This document shows, piece after piece, positions 37,904-49,072 of a DNA stretch of 64,000 nt. The position numbers were made by a program, and so were the translations under genes. The DNA comes from Bacteriovoracia bacterium (GTDB lineage Bacteria > Bdellovibrionota > UBA1018 > JBFWNL01). The first letter of the stretch is position 1. Each line of letters starts with the position of its first letter. The stretch is taken from positions 96,001-160,000 of the forward strand of contig JBFWNL010000002.1 of NCBI GenBank assembly GCA_050251055.1. The letters run 5' to 3'. Below the pieces are notes generated by a model, which did not search any database, was not told the origin of the DNA, and worked only from the letters and a program-made list of their open reading frames with translations.

Positions 37904-39332
37904 GGCCTATCACGCAGAAGTCATCTACGACGTGCTTTACGGGTTCATCCGCCTCACCGAATGGGAGGCCCGCATCGTCAATTCGCCGTTTTTCCAGCGC
38001 CTGCGCTGGATCAAGCAGCTAGGTTTCTCAAACTACATCTTCCCCGGCGCCGAACACAGCCGCTTCGCGCACGTGATTGGGGTCATGCATTCCATGGAGC
38101 AAATGTTGCGCGCCTTGGGCCTGGCGGTTCCCGAAAGCGAGCTCTTTGACCCGCGCCGCCGCTCGCCTGCCGCGCTCCTGCACCGCAGCCTTCGCATCGC
38201 CGCGCTCTTGCACGACATCGGTACTTTCCCGTTCAGCCACGCCATTGAGCACTCCTACATTCGGCACGGCACCCACCACCGGCCCCGGCCTAAGGGACGA
38301 GGCGCGCGGACACCCAAGGATCTCCCCAACTCGCACGAACATCTGGGCTCGTTCATCATCAAGAACACCGACTACGAAGGCGGCATCACCCGCGTGCTGA
38401 ACGATTTCGGCCTAGATACGGGGCTCATCTCTAAAATCATCAAGGGCGACTCCCCTGACTTTATCGCCAACCAGCTCATGCACTCGGACCTGGACGCCGA
38501 CCGCATGGACTATCTGATTCGGGACGCCCACTACACCGGGATTAAATACGGCCAGTTCGACCGTGACTACATCCTGGCAAACCTTACTACCTATCCCGTG
38601 GGCAAAGGCCAGCGGGGCTTTGGCGTACGCGAAAATGCCACTCACGCGGTGGAGGACTTCCTCATTGCCCGCTTCGGCTGGTACAGCCAGATCATCCGCA
38701 ACCCCGACTCCGCCAAGTTCGACATCATCGCCTCGCATATCGCCCAGCACCTGCTCGAAATCGACGCCATCCACCAATTCCAGGATCTGCTCGAAATGGT
38801 CGCCACCGGCGATGAACGTTTTTTCTGGTGGAATGACACCTATTTCATCACGCGCTGCCAGGAGGTTCGCTATCGCCAACGCATCAAATCGCCCGCCGTC
38901 TCCGAGCTGATCGAGATGCTACTCTTTCGTCGTCCACCCAAGACCATCCAGCACCCCGTTTTCGCCCATCGGCTGATGCAAATGAAGACCGAGGCCGAAG
39001 CGCGCCGCCGGTGGTTAGCCGAGATCAAAGACGTCATCGGCCACTTCAACCGCACCCTCGCCAAGCATGGCACCGGCCAGGAATGGATCCTGGACGACGT
39101 CCAGCACAATCAGGTGGGTTTTTCGAGCCGCCTGCCTACGGAATCCGCGCCGGGCACGCAAGCCTGGGGACGAGATCCCATCAAGGTCGTGGACAAACAG
39201 GGTAAGGCCCGCCTGCTGGTACAATCCGAAAACAGCCTGATGAAATACCTGTATGGCGTGGAAAACTTCTTCCCCAGTGTCTACGCCAACGATGCGGCGA
39301 TTACGCTACTGAAGAAACGTCGCCTCATTTAG
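37884..39332 (+). CDS. HD-domain phosphohydrolase, SAMHD1/YdhJ-like dNTP triphosphohydrolase family
   Basis: FQRLRWIKQLG, PGAEHSRFAH, LLHDIG.FPFSH, HE and DLDADRMDYL.RD motifs. Confidence 0.92.
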   Translation: MSQKKTKAYHAEVIYDVLYGFIRLTEWEARIVNSPFFQRLRWIKQLGFSNYIFPGAEHSRFAHVIGVMHSMEQMLRALGLAVPESELFDPRRRSPAALLHRSLRIAALLHDIGTFPFSHAIEHSYIRHGTHHRPRPKGRGARTPKDLPNSHEHLGSFIIKNTDYEGGITRVLNDFGLDTGLISKIIKGDSPDFIANQLMHSDLDADRMDYLIRDAHYTGIKYGQFDRDYILANLTTYPVGKGQRGFGVRENATHAVEDFLIARFGWYSQIIRNPDSAKFDIIASHIAQHLLEIDAIHQFQDLLEMVATGDERFFWWNDTYFITRCQEVRYRQRIKSPAVSELIEMLLFRRPPKTIQHPVFAHRLMQMKTEAEARRRWLAEIKDVIGHFNRTLAKHGTGQEWILDDVQHNQVGFSSRLPTESAPGTQAWGRDPIKVVDKQGKARLLVQSENSLMKYLYGVENFFPSVYANDAAITLLKKRRLI

Positions 39333-39344
39333 AGGAAATCCGAC

Positions 39345-40103
39345 CTAATAGAGACAGTTCGCGCGACCCTGGTCATTCGACTTTAACGTGCGCTTGATCT
39401 CGCCGTCGCGACCATTTGGAAAGCTCACCTGCGGGTACATCACGGCATCGAAGTAGGCGGAATTCAAACCAGCGGCATTACAGCTCGGCACCCCATTGCC
39501 CGCCGTGCCTTCGCAGCTGTGGTTCAGCCCTAGCAAGTGACCCATCTCATGGAGGGCGATCGATTGCAGATCCGGAACCTGGGGACTGCCCGCCACGAAA
39601 AAATTGTCATAATTGAGTTCCATCACCGCCGTGTAAAGGTCCTTGAGCGGTTCGGAATCCACGGTACAAAAGCTCGTAAGGGCCACGATCTGCGCTTGGT
39701 GATTCCAAGTGCTACGCTTATAGATCACGACCTGTCCCGTGAAGCCCGTCGTGGTTAAAATATGGTTCGTGCAAATCGAACCCGGAAATGGCTGGGAACT
39801 GATTCGAGGCGAACCCGTGCTACCGTAATCCAGCACGGTGAGATTTTTACTGCCCGTATAGAACTGGTTCCAGGTATCGGCGGCAGCGGCAAATGCGTTA
39901 ATCTCGGCGCTCGTGAAATTGGATCCCTGAAAGAACGCAATGGGGACCGAGAGCAGAGGCCAGTGACCCGAGAGCGTACCGGCCTGTTCGTCTGGCAACG
40001 CGCAGTTCTTCTGGAATTCCGTACTTTTGGAACACGAACCCACGAGCAGTACTACTGCCAGGCAGAAAATCGCTTTGAAGGAACTGCGTCGGCTAAAACG
40101 CAA
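39345..40103 (-). CDS. Matrixin (M10) metalloprotease lipoprotein
   Basis: Lipobox VGSC, HEMGHLLGLNH and Met-turn AVMYP. Confidence 0.88.
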   Translation of the reverse strand: MRFSRRSSFKAIFCLAVVLLVGSCSKSTEFQKNCALPDEQAGTLSGHWPLLSVPIAFFQGSNFTSAEINAFAAAADTWNQFYTGSKNLTVLDYGSTGSPRISSQPFPGSICTNHILTTTGFTGQVVIYKRSTWNHQAQIVALTSFCTVDSEPLKDLYTAVMELNYDNFFVAGSPQVPDLQSIALHEMGHLLGLNHSCEGTAGNGVPSCNAAGLNSAYFDAVMYPQVSFPNGRDGEIKRTLKSNDQGRANCLY

Positions 40104-40152
40104 CTATCTATCCCCTTAAAATCATTAATTTATTCAAACATAATCAACTAAA

Positions 40153-40179
40153 TCAGTTGAACTCAACAACGTCCGATGT
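40153..40179 (+). promoter_or_regulatory. Possible sigma-28-type promoter
   Basis: TCAG-N15-TCCGATGT in an AT-rich intergenic region. Confidence 0.3.
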
Positions 40180-40251
40180 TATTAGTATAGTATTAATCGG
40201 CAGAAGCCGCAAGTTTTTGAAATGGTTTTAGAATCTGGTATGCTGCGCGAC

Positions 40252-41028
40252 ATGCCACAGGAAAAACAACAGCTTAAGACCGTCGTAATCACCGGCGGGG
40301 CCACCGGAATTGGGTTTGAAACCGCTCGACTGCTCCTCGACACCAAAAAGTATCGCCTGGCCCTCGTGGGACGAAACCGCGATCACCTGGAAACGGCGGC
40401 CACGAAGCTGGGTGGATCTTCAGATATCCTAAGTGTGCACGTTTGCGATCTGAGCGATTCCTCGCAGATCAAAAAGACGGCGGAAAAAATCATCGGCAGC
40501 TACAAAGGCATTTACGGACTCGTCAATAACGCTGGCATCTATCCTTTCGGAGATCTCAAAACCACGACCGAAAAAGCGTGGGATGAGACGATGAACGTGA
40601 ATTTGAAGTCCGTTTATCTGCTCACCCAAGCGCTACTCCCGACGATGTCGAAAAACCCGGGCGGCGGGCGAATCGTCAATGTCTCCTCCACGGCCGGAAT
40701 ATTGCCGAATCACCATGCATTGGCGTACTCCGTTTCCAAGGCCGCGCTGATCAATTTATCGCGGTCGCTCGCGAAGGAACTGGGCAAGGACAACATTACC
40801 GTAAATTGCATTTGCCCCGGTATCGTGCGCTCGCCGCTGCACGAGGCGTATCACCAGTCGCGCTGGGAGGTGGAGCAGTTCTACGCCAAGCGTGGCGCCG
40901 CCTACCCGCTCGGGCGCGTGGGCGATCCAGTGGATATCGCCGGCGCCATCCGCTACTTCCTCAGCGAAGAAGCCGCATGGGTGACCGGCGACGTTATGAT
41001 CATCGACGGTGGTCGACTGCTGACGTAG
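40252..41028 (+). CDS. SDR family oxidoreductase
   Basis: TGGATGIG, VNNAG, YSVSK, ICPG and TGDVMIIDGG motifs. Confidence 0.95.
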   Translation: MPQEKQQLKTVVITGGATGIGFETARLLLDTKKYRLALVGRNRDHLETAATKLGGSSDILSVHVCDLSDSSQIKKTAEKIIGSYKGIYGLVNNAGIYPFGDLKTTTEKAWDETMNVNLKSVYLLTQALLPTMSKNPGGGRIVNVSSTAGILPNHHALAYSVSKAALINLSRSLAKELGKDNITVNCICPGIVRSPLHEAYHQSRWEVEQFYAKRGAAYPLGRVGDPVDIAGAIRYFLSEEAAWVTGDVMIIDGGRLLT

Positions 41029-41064
41029 ACCGTAAAGACTGCGAAAGATTCGGAAAAAATAGGC

Positions 41065-41104
41065 AAAAAAAATGGCGGCCGATCTCGGGGAAGGGCCGCC
41101 ATTT
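41065..41104 (-). terminator. Intrinsic terminator oriented on the minus strand (may also stop the SDR transcript)
   Basis: AAATGGCGGCC-loop-GGCCGCCATTT, with a U8 tract on the minus strand. Confidence 0.85.
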
Positions 41105-41158
41105 ACTTCATTTGGACCCTCACACGTGCTCTCGGGGGAAGATCCAACTTTAAGGCTA
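41065..41158 (-). ncRNA. Candidate ~95-nt small regulatory RNA divergent from the LysR gene
   Basis: -35 TTCAGC / 17 bp / -10 TATTCC; two hairpins, both with CCCCGAGA in the loop; own terminator; no meaningful ORF. Confidence 0.6.
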
Positions 41159-41213
41159 GGCCTAGGAATAGTCGGTCCGGCCTAAAAGCTGAAATACATT
41201 AATCAAATGCTCG

Positions 41214-41232
41214 TTATAGAATTTTTCTATAA
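41214..41232. promoter_or_regulatory. LysR-type binding site (T-N11-A palindrome)
   Basis: TTATAGAA-ttt-TTCTATAA, 20 bp upstream of the LysR ATG. Confidence 0.75.
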
Positions 41233-41251
41233 TAGGCGCTATAAGCCCGGC

Positions 41252-42133
41252 ATGGCCCTGAATTACCTCGACTGCTTCGTCTCCCTTGCCAAACACCTGA
41301 GCTTCACCGCGACGGCCAAGGAGATGGGGATCACTCAACCTAGCGTGTCGCGTCAAATTCGCCTCCTAGAAGAACAACTGGGCGTGCAGCTCTTTCGGCG
41401 CGACCGCCAGGCCGTCCAACTCACTCCCGCCGGTAAAGAACTACGTGCCGAGATCACTCCGATGCTCGAGGGGATCCGCGCCACTCTCGAAACCTCACGG
41501 GAAAAATCGCGCAAGATCGAAGGCTCGCTCGCATTCTCGTGCCTGCCCGAAATCGGGCAATACTATTTCATGCATCACTTACTGGAATTCCAGGCCCAGC
41601 ATCCGCAGATCGACCTGCACGTGAGGTATTGCTTGGAACCCGAGATCATCGCCGGGTTAAAAAACGGAGAAATCGACCTAGGTGTCATCACCCAACCACT
41701 CATTAGCGAAAGCATTCGCTCTTACCGCTTGATCGACGAACATCCCGTGCTCGTCACCCGCACGCAAAACCAAAGGCCCTTCACCGATCCGGCCGAAGCC
41801 CATTTCGTAGGATACGAGCGGACCGACGCGCTACTGGCCGACTTCCTCAAAAAAACGTTCAAGCCATCCCAGGTCTCTAAAATTCGCCGGCTTTCCACCG
41901 TCAATTCCTATAAATCGATCCTCGAAACCCTGCTGGCCCGCGACTGCTACGCCGTATTGCCGTTTTTCGGCGTCCGTGAGCTGGTTGAGACTAAACGCTT
42001 GAAAATCGTCTCCCAGAGGGATGTCCGGCACCCGCTCTACCTCATCTATCTCGAGAGCAACCACGCCTCGCTTAAAAACGAGGCATTTCGCAAATTCCTG
42101 ATCCAGAAGTGCAAATCCGAGCAGTTGGAGTAA
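41252..42133 (+). CDS. LysR family transcriptional regulator
   Basis: SFTATAKEMGITQPSVSRQIRLLEEQLGVQLF.R HTH plus substrate-binding domain. Confidence 0.96.
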   Translation: MALNYLDCFVSLAKHLSFTATAKEMGITQPSVSRQIRLLEEQLGVQLFRRDRQAVQLTPAGKELRAEITPMLEGIRATLETSREKSRKIEGSLAFSCLPEIGQYYFMHHLLEFQAQHPQIDLHVRYCLEPEIIAGLKNGEIDLGVITQPLISESIRSYRLIDEHPVLVTRTQNQRPFTDPAEAHFVGYERTDALLADFLKKTFKPSQVSKIRRLSTVNSYKSILETLLARDCYAVLPFFGVRELVETKRLKIVSQRDVRHPLYLIYLESNHASLKNEAFRKFLIQKCKSEQLE

Positions 42134-42210
42134 AAAAGCATCCAATTTAGACGCATTGCGTTATTTTTTAAGCCATGGTATTTACCCCGGAAAGGAGAAC
42201 TTCGGTGAAA

Positions 42211-42936
42211 ATGCATCCTCTGGTTACCTTTGTTATCTTCTCCCTGCTCGGCGCCGCTCCGGCATCGGCAAACCCCACGCCCGGTCCGGTGGAAAAAGGC
42301 GCGGTCTACGCCGCCTATTACAATATCTATGTCGAGTCCCTTTCGATCCTGAAATTTCAACTGCCCGCGGAAGGCGCGACGACGTTGAAGGTGGAAAAAG
42401 TGGACGGCCAATTCTCGCCCGCTCAGAAGAAACTGCTCGTCGACCACTGGGACGCGATCACTTCGGCGATCCTGAAGGACTCGACGAAATCAGCGGAATC
42501 GATCGAGCTTTCCACGCAGAGCTTGGTCCCCGAACGCCGATACACGACGCATTTCCTGATGAGCTGGATTCGCTCAGAGCTCACCGAGGAAGAAGCCGAA
42601 CGACTGGCGCTTCCCGCCGCGGCAGAGGCTAAAGTCCAGACCCCGCATCTTCCCGCGCGTCGACTGAAGCATAATTTGAAGTGGTTTAACTTCACCGCCT
42701 TCGATGAAATCGAATCCGGATCCGGGAATTTCCGGATCAAGTTCTTGGACTCCTCGTATTACGGTGGAAACTACCGTAGTTCGTATACGGTGAGCCAGAC
42801 GTTCTTCCGGAATCTATTGAAACTGCGGCAAATGCCGGATGAGTCTGAAGAAACCCTGGCCGTCCCGAGCGACCTGTTCCCCAAGTACGACGGCGACGAG
42901 GACCATGACGACCGCTCAGGGAGCACCTACCCCTAA
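42211..42936 (+). CDS. Secreted hypothetical protein
   Basis: Signal peptide ending ASA; AGGAG upstream. Confidence 0.65.
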   Translation: MHPLVTFVIFSLLGAAPASANPTPGPVEKGAVYAAYYNIYVESLSILKFQLPAEGATTLKVEKVDGQFSPAQKKLLVDHWDAITSAILKDSTKSAESIELSTQSLVPERRYTTHFLMSWIRSELTEEEAERLALPAAAEAKVQTPHLPARRLKHNLKWFNFTAFDEIESGSGNFRIKFLDSSYYGGNYRSSYTVSQTFFRNLLKLRQMPDESEETLAVPSDLFPKYDGDEDHDDRSGSTYP

Positions 42937-42954
42937 CGATCTCGCCTCGTGGGA

Positions 42955-44849
<1,895 letters not shown>

Positions 44850-44853
<4 letters not shown>

Positions 44854-46943
44854 TCTCTGGAAGTCTCAATATTTCCCGTGAAAATCAACTCTCCTTCCTG
44901 ATCGGTGCGATGTAGTGGGATTTTAAAACGGTTGATTCTATCGATCACCTCGGCATGCGGATGTCCGTAACGATTGCCTCGCCCACAAGAAATCCATGCC
45001 TGCTGGGGCCGAAGCCGCTTCAGATACGTGGACTCCGTGGAAAACCTGGATCCGTGATGATTAATCTTGAGTATCCAGGGTCGGCGAAGGCCTAGGCCTT
45101 GGAACCATGCGGCGATCTCGGGCTCCGCTTCCGAGCCCGCGTCTCCTCCCGAGAGATAAGCCCCGCCCTTTGCAAGCGGCACGGCGACCGCGCCCATATA
45201 AGAGTTGCCCCGGGACCTTCGGTCACGCTTTTCACTCTCGAAGCTCGCAAAAGGAAAACACCCTGAAGACCAGTCCACGGTGCGAATGCCCAACGAAGTG
45301 AGCCACGCCCTCAACTCGCGACCCCGAAGCGTCTCCCACTGGCGAATTCCCGTAACCACGCAGCCGATGGGAACAAACCGCGCCAAATGCTTGAGTCCCC
45401 CCGCATGATCTTCGTCCAAATGGGTGAGCGCCACGAAATCAATCCGATCCAATCCGCGCTTCATCAGCCAGTGCCCCCACTGGATAGAGCTCCGGGCCCA
45501 AGCGGACCCAACATCAATCGCACCTCCCTGCCCATTGCCTGTCTCAACCCAGGCGGAGTCGCCTTGACCTACGTCGAGCTGGGTCACCGCCAGCGCCGTG
45601 ACTTGAGTATCGGCCCGCGTCGCTAGCTCGCGCCAAAAAAACAAAACCCCGCGCCCCGCCCAGAGCAGCAAAAGCACGGACAACCCCGTGCGCAGACGGC
45701 GCGCACGCGAAGTCATCTGAAGCAGTCCCGCACCAAACAAGCCAACCCATAGCGCCCAAGCCGGAACCACCCAGACGTTGGCGCATTTAGCGCCCCAATC
45801 AAAGAGCTGAGCCAACACGAAGGAAGTGAGTCGAACGGCACTGGCAACGACCCCGACGATCGCCTCGTCGCCACCCAAGATCCAAGCCCCGCAAGCAAGC
45901 ATGATTGCTGGATAAAGCAAACCCACACCGATCGATATCGTGACCAAGCTCAAGACAGGCGTCAGGAGGGCAACTGAACCGCACTCCAAGATTCCGATAA
46001 ATGCGGTAGGCAACCAGGAGCCCACGGCCATCGCCGCATGTTGTAAAAACACGGATCGACGTCGACCCAATGCCTCCCGCGCGAGCAGACCGCCTCCCAC
46101 CGCCAGCGCATAATGCAAACTTCCCCAAAGCGCATACCCCAGAGTCCAACGCCCCGCGAACTCCAGCCCCCAACTCACCGCGAGCGCGAGCAAAAGCGGG
46201 GACAGTACCCGAAAGCGCAATCCCCAGGGCTTTAAGGACGCCCGTATCAAGACCACCAAGGCCGGGCGGAGCAATCCCCATCTCGCGCCGCTCAAAAGCC
46301 ACGCTCCCAGCCAAAAGAGAAAACTGAACACGCGCGCTACCCTCAGCGCGGCCTCCGGACGCAGGATTCCCGAAGTGATAAAACGTACGTTTCGATACAC
46401 GAGGTCCGCCAGCGCATAAAGGTGAATTCCACTGGCCGTCAGCAAGTGCACGAAACCTAACTGCCGAAACCACTCCAGTCCCGCCGATGCTCCCTCGTCT
46501 AAAATCAGTTTGGCCACAATTCCGAGCGAATCGTCGGGATGAATTCTCTGGGAAAGACGCTCGCGAATCACTTCGACTTGCTCACGCCCACGATCTAGCC
46601 AGTTTCCTGAGTAGCTTGGCGTCTTTTCCCCCGACGTTTCCGGTTCCCTCTTCCAGGATCGCGCACGGAAGGTCCGGCCTCGCGCATTGACCTTCCAGGT
46701 ACCCAGGGGACGTACACATTCTCGCCAAAGCAGGCCGCTTTGCAGAGCATGTCTCCATGCGGATGGCTCCACGCATACGGTTGCATCCGGCGTGACATAG
46801 CTCACCCAGCAGCCCGGCCTTGCCCAACGACGAACGAACTGCTCGATGCCGCAGCTCCGCGGACCCTCCACCCAGGAACTCGCTTTCGAACTCGGCGGGA
46901 ATAGGCAGGTCAGAAAAAACAGGAACAAAACGAACCGAGGCAT
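44850..46943 (-). CDS. comEC: ComEC/Rec2 competence protein
   Basis: HLLTASGIH membrane domain plus MBL domain ([35 protein letters not shown]). Confidence 0.88.
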
Positions 46944-46989
46944 GTCGGCGGGGTTGCAGACCCCGTACCAGCCTTGGCATAATTACCCC

Positions 46990-47436
46990 ATGGCCACACC
47001 GCCCGAGCTTCCGGGAAATTTAGTGAAAGTGCTGCTGACTTCGGTCGGAATCGCCGCGATCGCGGCCTGGCTGTTGGTAAACCTAAGCCGCCATCCGAAG
47101 TCCCGGTTCAAACTCCGGGAAGCCGATCGACCGAAGCGCCCCGGTCGTCTAAAAGAGGGTACGGATTTTTTCCAACGTCGAAATTCACGCCCCGCAACCC
47201 CCGATCGTCCTCGCGCGCTTCCGGGCATCCGAATCAACGTGCCGCCCCATGAATTGCTCGGGGTTCCCTTGGATGCGACCCAGGCTGAAATCAAACGGGC
47301 CTATAAGCGCCTGATGAAACAGTACCATCCCGATAGCGTCGCCGCTCCCGGAACCTCCCAATGGCAGGAGGCGCAAAAGATCGCAGCGGCGTTAAACGAG
47401 GCAAAGGAAACGCTACTCAAAACCGCGAAGCGGTAA
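46990..47436 (+). CDS. Membrane-anchored J-domain protein
   Basis: N-terminal TM; HELLGV...EIKRAYKRLMKQYHPD...LNEA. Confidence 0.85.
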   Translation: MATPPELPGNLVKVLLTSVGIAAIAAWLLVNLSRHPKSRFKLREADRPKRPGRLKEGTDFFQRRNSRPATPDRPRALPGIRINVPPHELLGVPLDATQAEIKRAYKRLMKQYHPDSVAAPGTSQWQEAQKIAAALNEAKETLLKTAKR

Positions 47437-47473
47437 TTCCTCCGCGGCATGGGGCTTGAAGCTTGATAGTCCC

Positions 47474-49072
47474 ATGAAGATCGCCGCACCTCTCAATAGT
47501 GGCTTAAGGCCAAAGCTCCAGCGGCTTGAACTCGCCGCTTTTTTTCAAATCCCTGGATTCCAGATCGTGGGCCTTCCTTCGCGCGAAATCGCCGAGGCCC
47601 GCGAGCGAGTCCGTGCTGCCATCGAGGCGTCCGGCCTCGAGTTTCCAAAAAAACGACTGGTGCTCAACCTATCTCCGGCCGACGTGCAGAAACGAGGCAC
47701 GGGAGTGGATCTCGCGATCGCGCTTGAAATCTGCAAATGCGCGCTGAATGACGCACCAAAATTGTCGAAGAAATCCCCGGACAACCTGCTTGCGGTGGCC
47801 TGGGGAGAGCTGGGGCTAGATGGCCGCGTAAAACCCGTGGGTCAAATCACGCGCGCACTGTACGCAGCATGGATGGAGAGAGCGCATCTCCTGATTCTTC
47901 CCCAGGCCACCGCCGGAGAGGCGCTCGCCGCGTGCGAGCTCATTAAAAAATCCGGCCGCTTCGGCCATCGTGCCCCCCGATTGGCATTCGTCGAAAATCT
48001 ATCGGAAGCTGTAGCCGCGCTTCAAATCGAGTCTACCGACTCGGTCGACAAAACCATTGCCTCCCCCGCCCTCGAATGCCCAAAATCAACGGAGCTCCCT
48101 CCTCCGCCCTTACTCCCCCTGAGCCCAAGCTTGGAACGGGCCATGCTGGTATCGACTACCGGCCGCCATCATCTATTGCTTTTGGGTCCACGGGGGGTGG
48201 GCAAGAGCCAAGCGATCGAGTGGGTGGCCCAGCTTCAAGCGATACTCCCGAACTCTCCTTCCCAAGCGTTGGATCGAATGCTACTCGCCGAACTCTCTCC
48301 TTCTCCGGGTAATCCCGGTTTGCCGACTTTTCGGCGGGTTGGGCCACATGTGCGTCCACCCGCGCTACTAGGATCGATCTCTTCGGCCGGCGTGCTTCCC
48401 GGCGAATTCACCCTGGCCCATGGAGGCTTCCTCGTGGCCGATGAGTTTCCGGAGTGGGCGCGTGATTCCCGTGAATGCTTACGCGAACCGCTCGAGCGCG
48501 GAAAAGTAATGGTCACGCGGGTTCGCCAAAGCGAGGAGCTACCCGCCCGTTTCACTTTCATCGGCACGGGAAATTATTGCCCTTGCGGAGGACTTCCTCG
48601 AGAAATTCCCATGCCCGAGGGAAAACGAACCTCCGCCTGCGAGTGTACGGCCGGGGTACGACAGGCCTATTGGAACCGCTTGTCCGGGCCCGTGATGGAC
48701 CGTATCGATGTTCTAGCGCAACTCACGCATTGGCATCAGCCTCCGGCGAATAGGCTCCCGGACGGCGCGGCAACCTGGGCTCGCCTAAGCGATCACATCC
48801 GAGGCGCGCAAGCGCGACTGCTAGAACGGTACGGAAAACTCCCCGGTGAGATGGATGGGATTGAGACCGAAATCATAATCCGCGAGCACGCCACGTTGGG
48901 GACGGCGCTAGAAACCGGCACGGAAAACCCGCGCAGCCGACACAAACTGGCACGCATCGCGCTCACGCTCGCGGCGCTTTCCCCGCGCGAGGAATTGCCG
49001 GGCCCCGCGCATGTCGCGGAGGCACGCTACCATCGGATGCGTCCCCTGTCAGAGCGGCGAGACCTACGTTAA
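47474..49072 (+). CDS. comM: ComM/YifB Mg-chelatase-like AAA+ ATPase (divergent)
   Basis: IVGLP..EARERVRAA, NLSPAD, GELGLDG, GPRGVGKS, PGEFTLAHGG.L.ADEFPE, CPCG and LSGPVMDRID motifs. Confidence 0.85.
   Translation: MKIAAPLNSGLRPKLQRLELAAFFQIPGFQIVGLPSREIAEARERVRAAIEASGLEFPKKRLVLNLSPADVQKRGTGVDLAIALEICKCALNDAPKLSKKSPDNLLAVAWGELGLDGRVKPVGQITRALYAAWMERAHLLILPQATAGEALAACELIKKSGRFGHRAPRLAFVENLSEAVAALQIESTDSVDKTIASPALECPKSTELPPPPLLPLSPSLERAMLVSTTGRHHLLLLGPRGVGKSQAIEWVAQLQAILPNSPSQALDRMLLAELSPSPGNPGLPTFRRVGPHVRPPALLGSISSAGVLPGEFTLAHGGFLVADEFPEWARDSRECLREPLERGKVMVTRVRQSEELPARFTFIGTGNYCPCGGLPREIPMPEGKRTSACECTAGVRQAYWNRLSGPVMDRIDVLAQLTHWHQPPANRLPDGAATWARLSDHIRGAQARLLERYGKLPGEMDGIETEIIIREHATLGTALETGTENPRSRHKLARIALTLAALSPREELPGPAHVAEARYHRMRPLSERRDLR

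Noticed and set aside
41104-41112. Mini-ORF ATG AAG TAA with a GAGGG upstream inside the sRNA candidate
   Set aside because: Only two codons, and the SD-like sequence is paired in hairpin 1; not supportable as a CDS.
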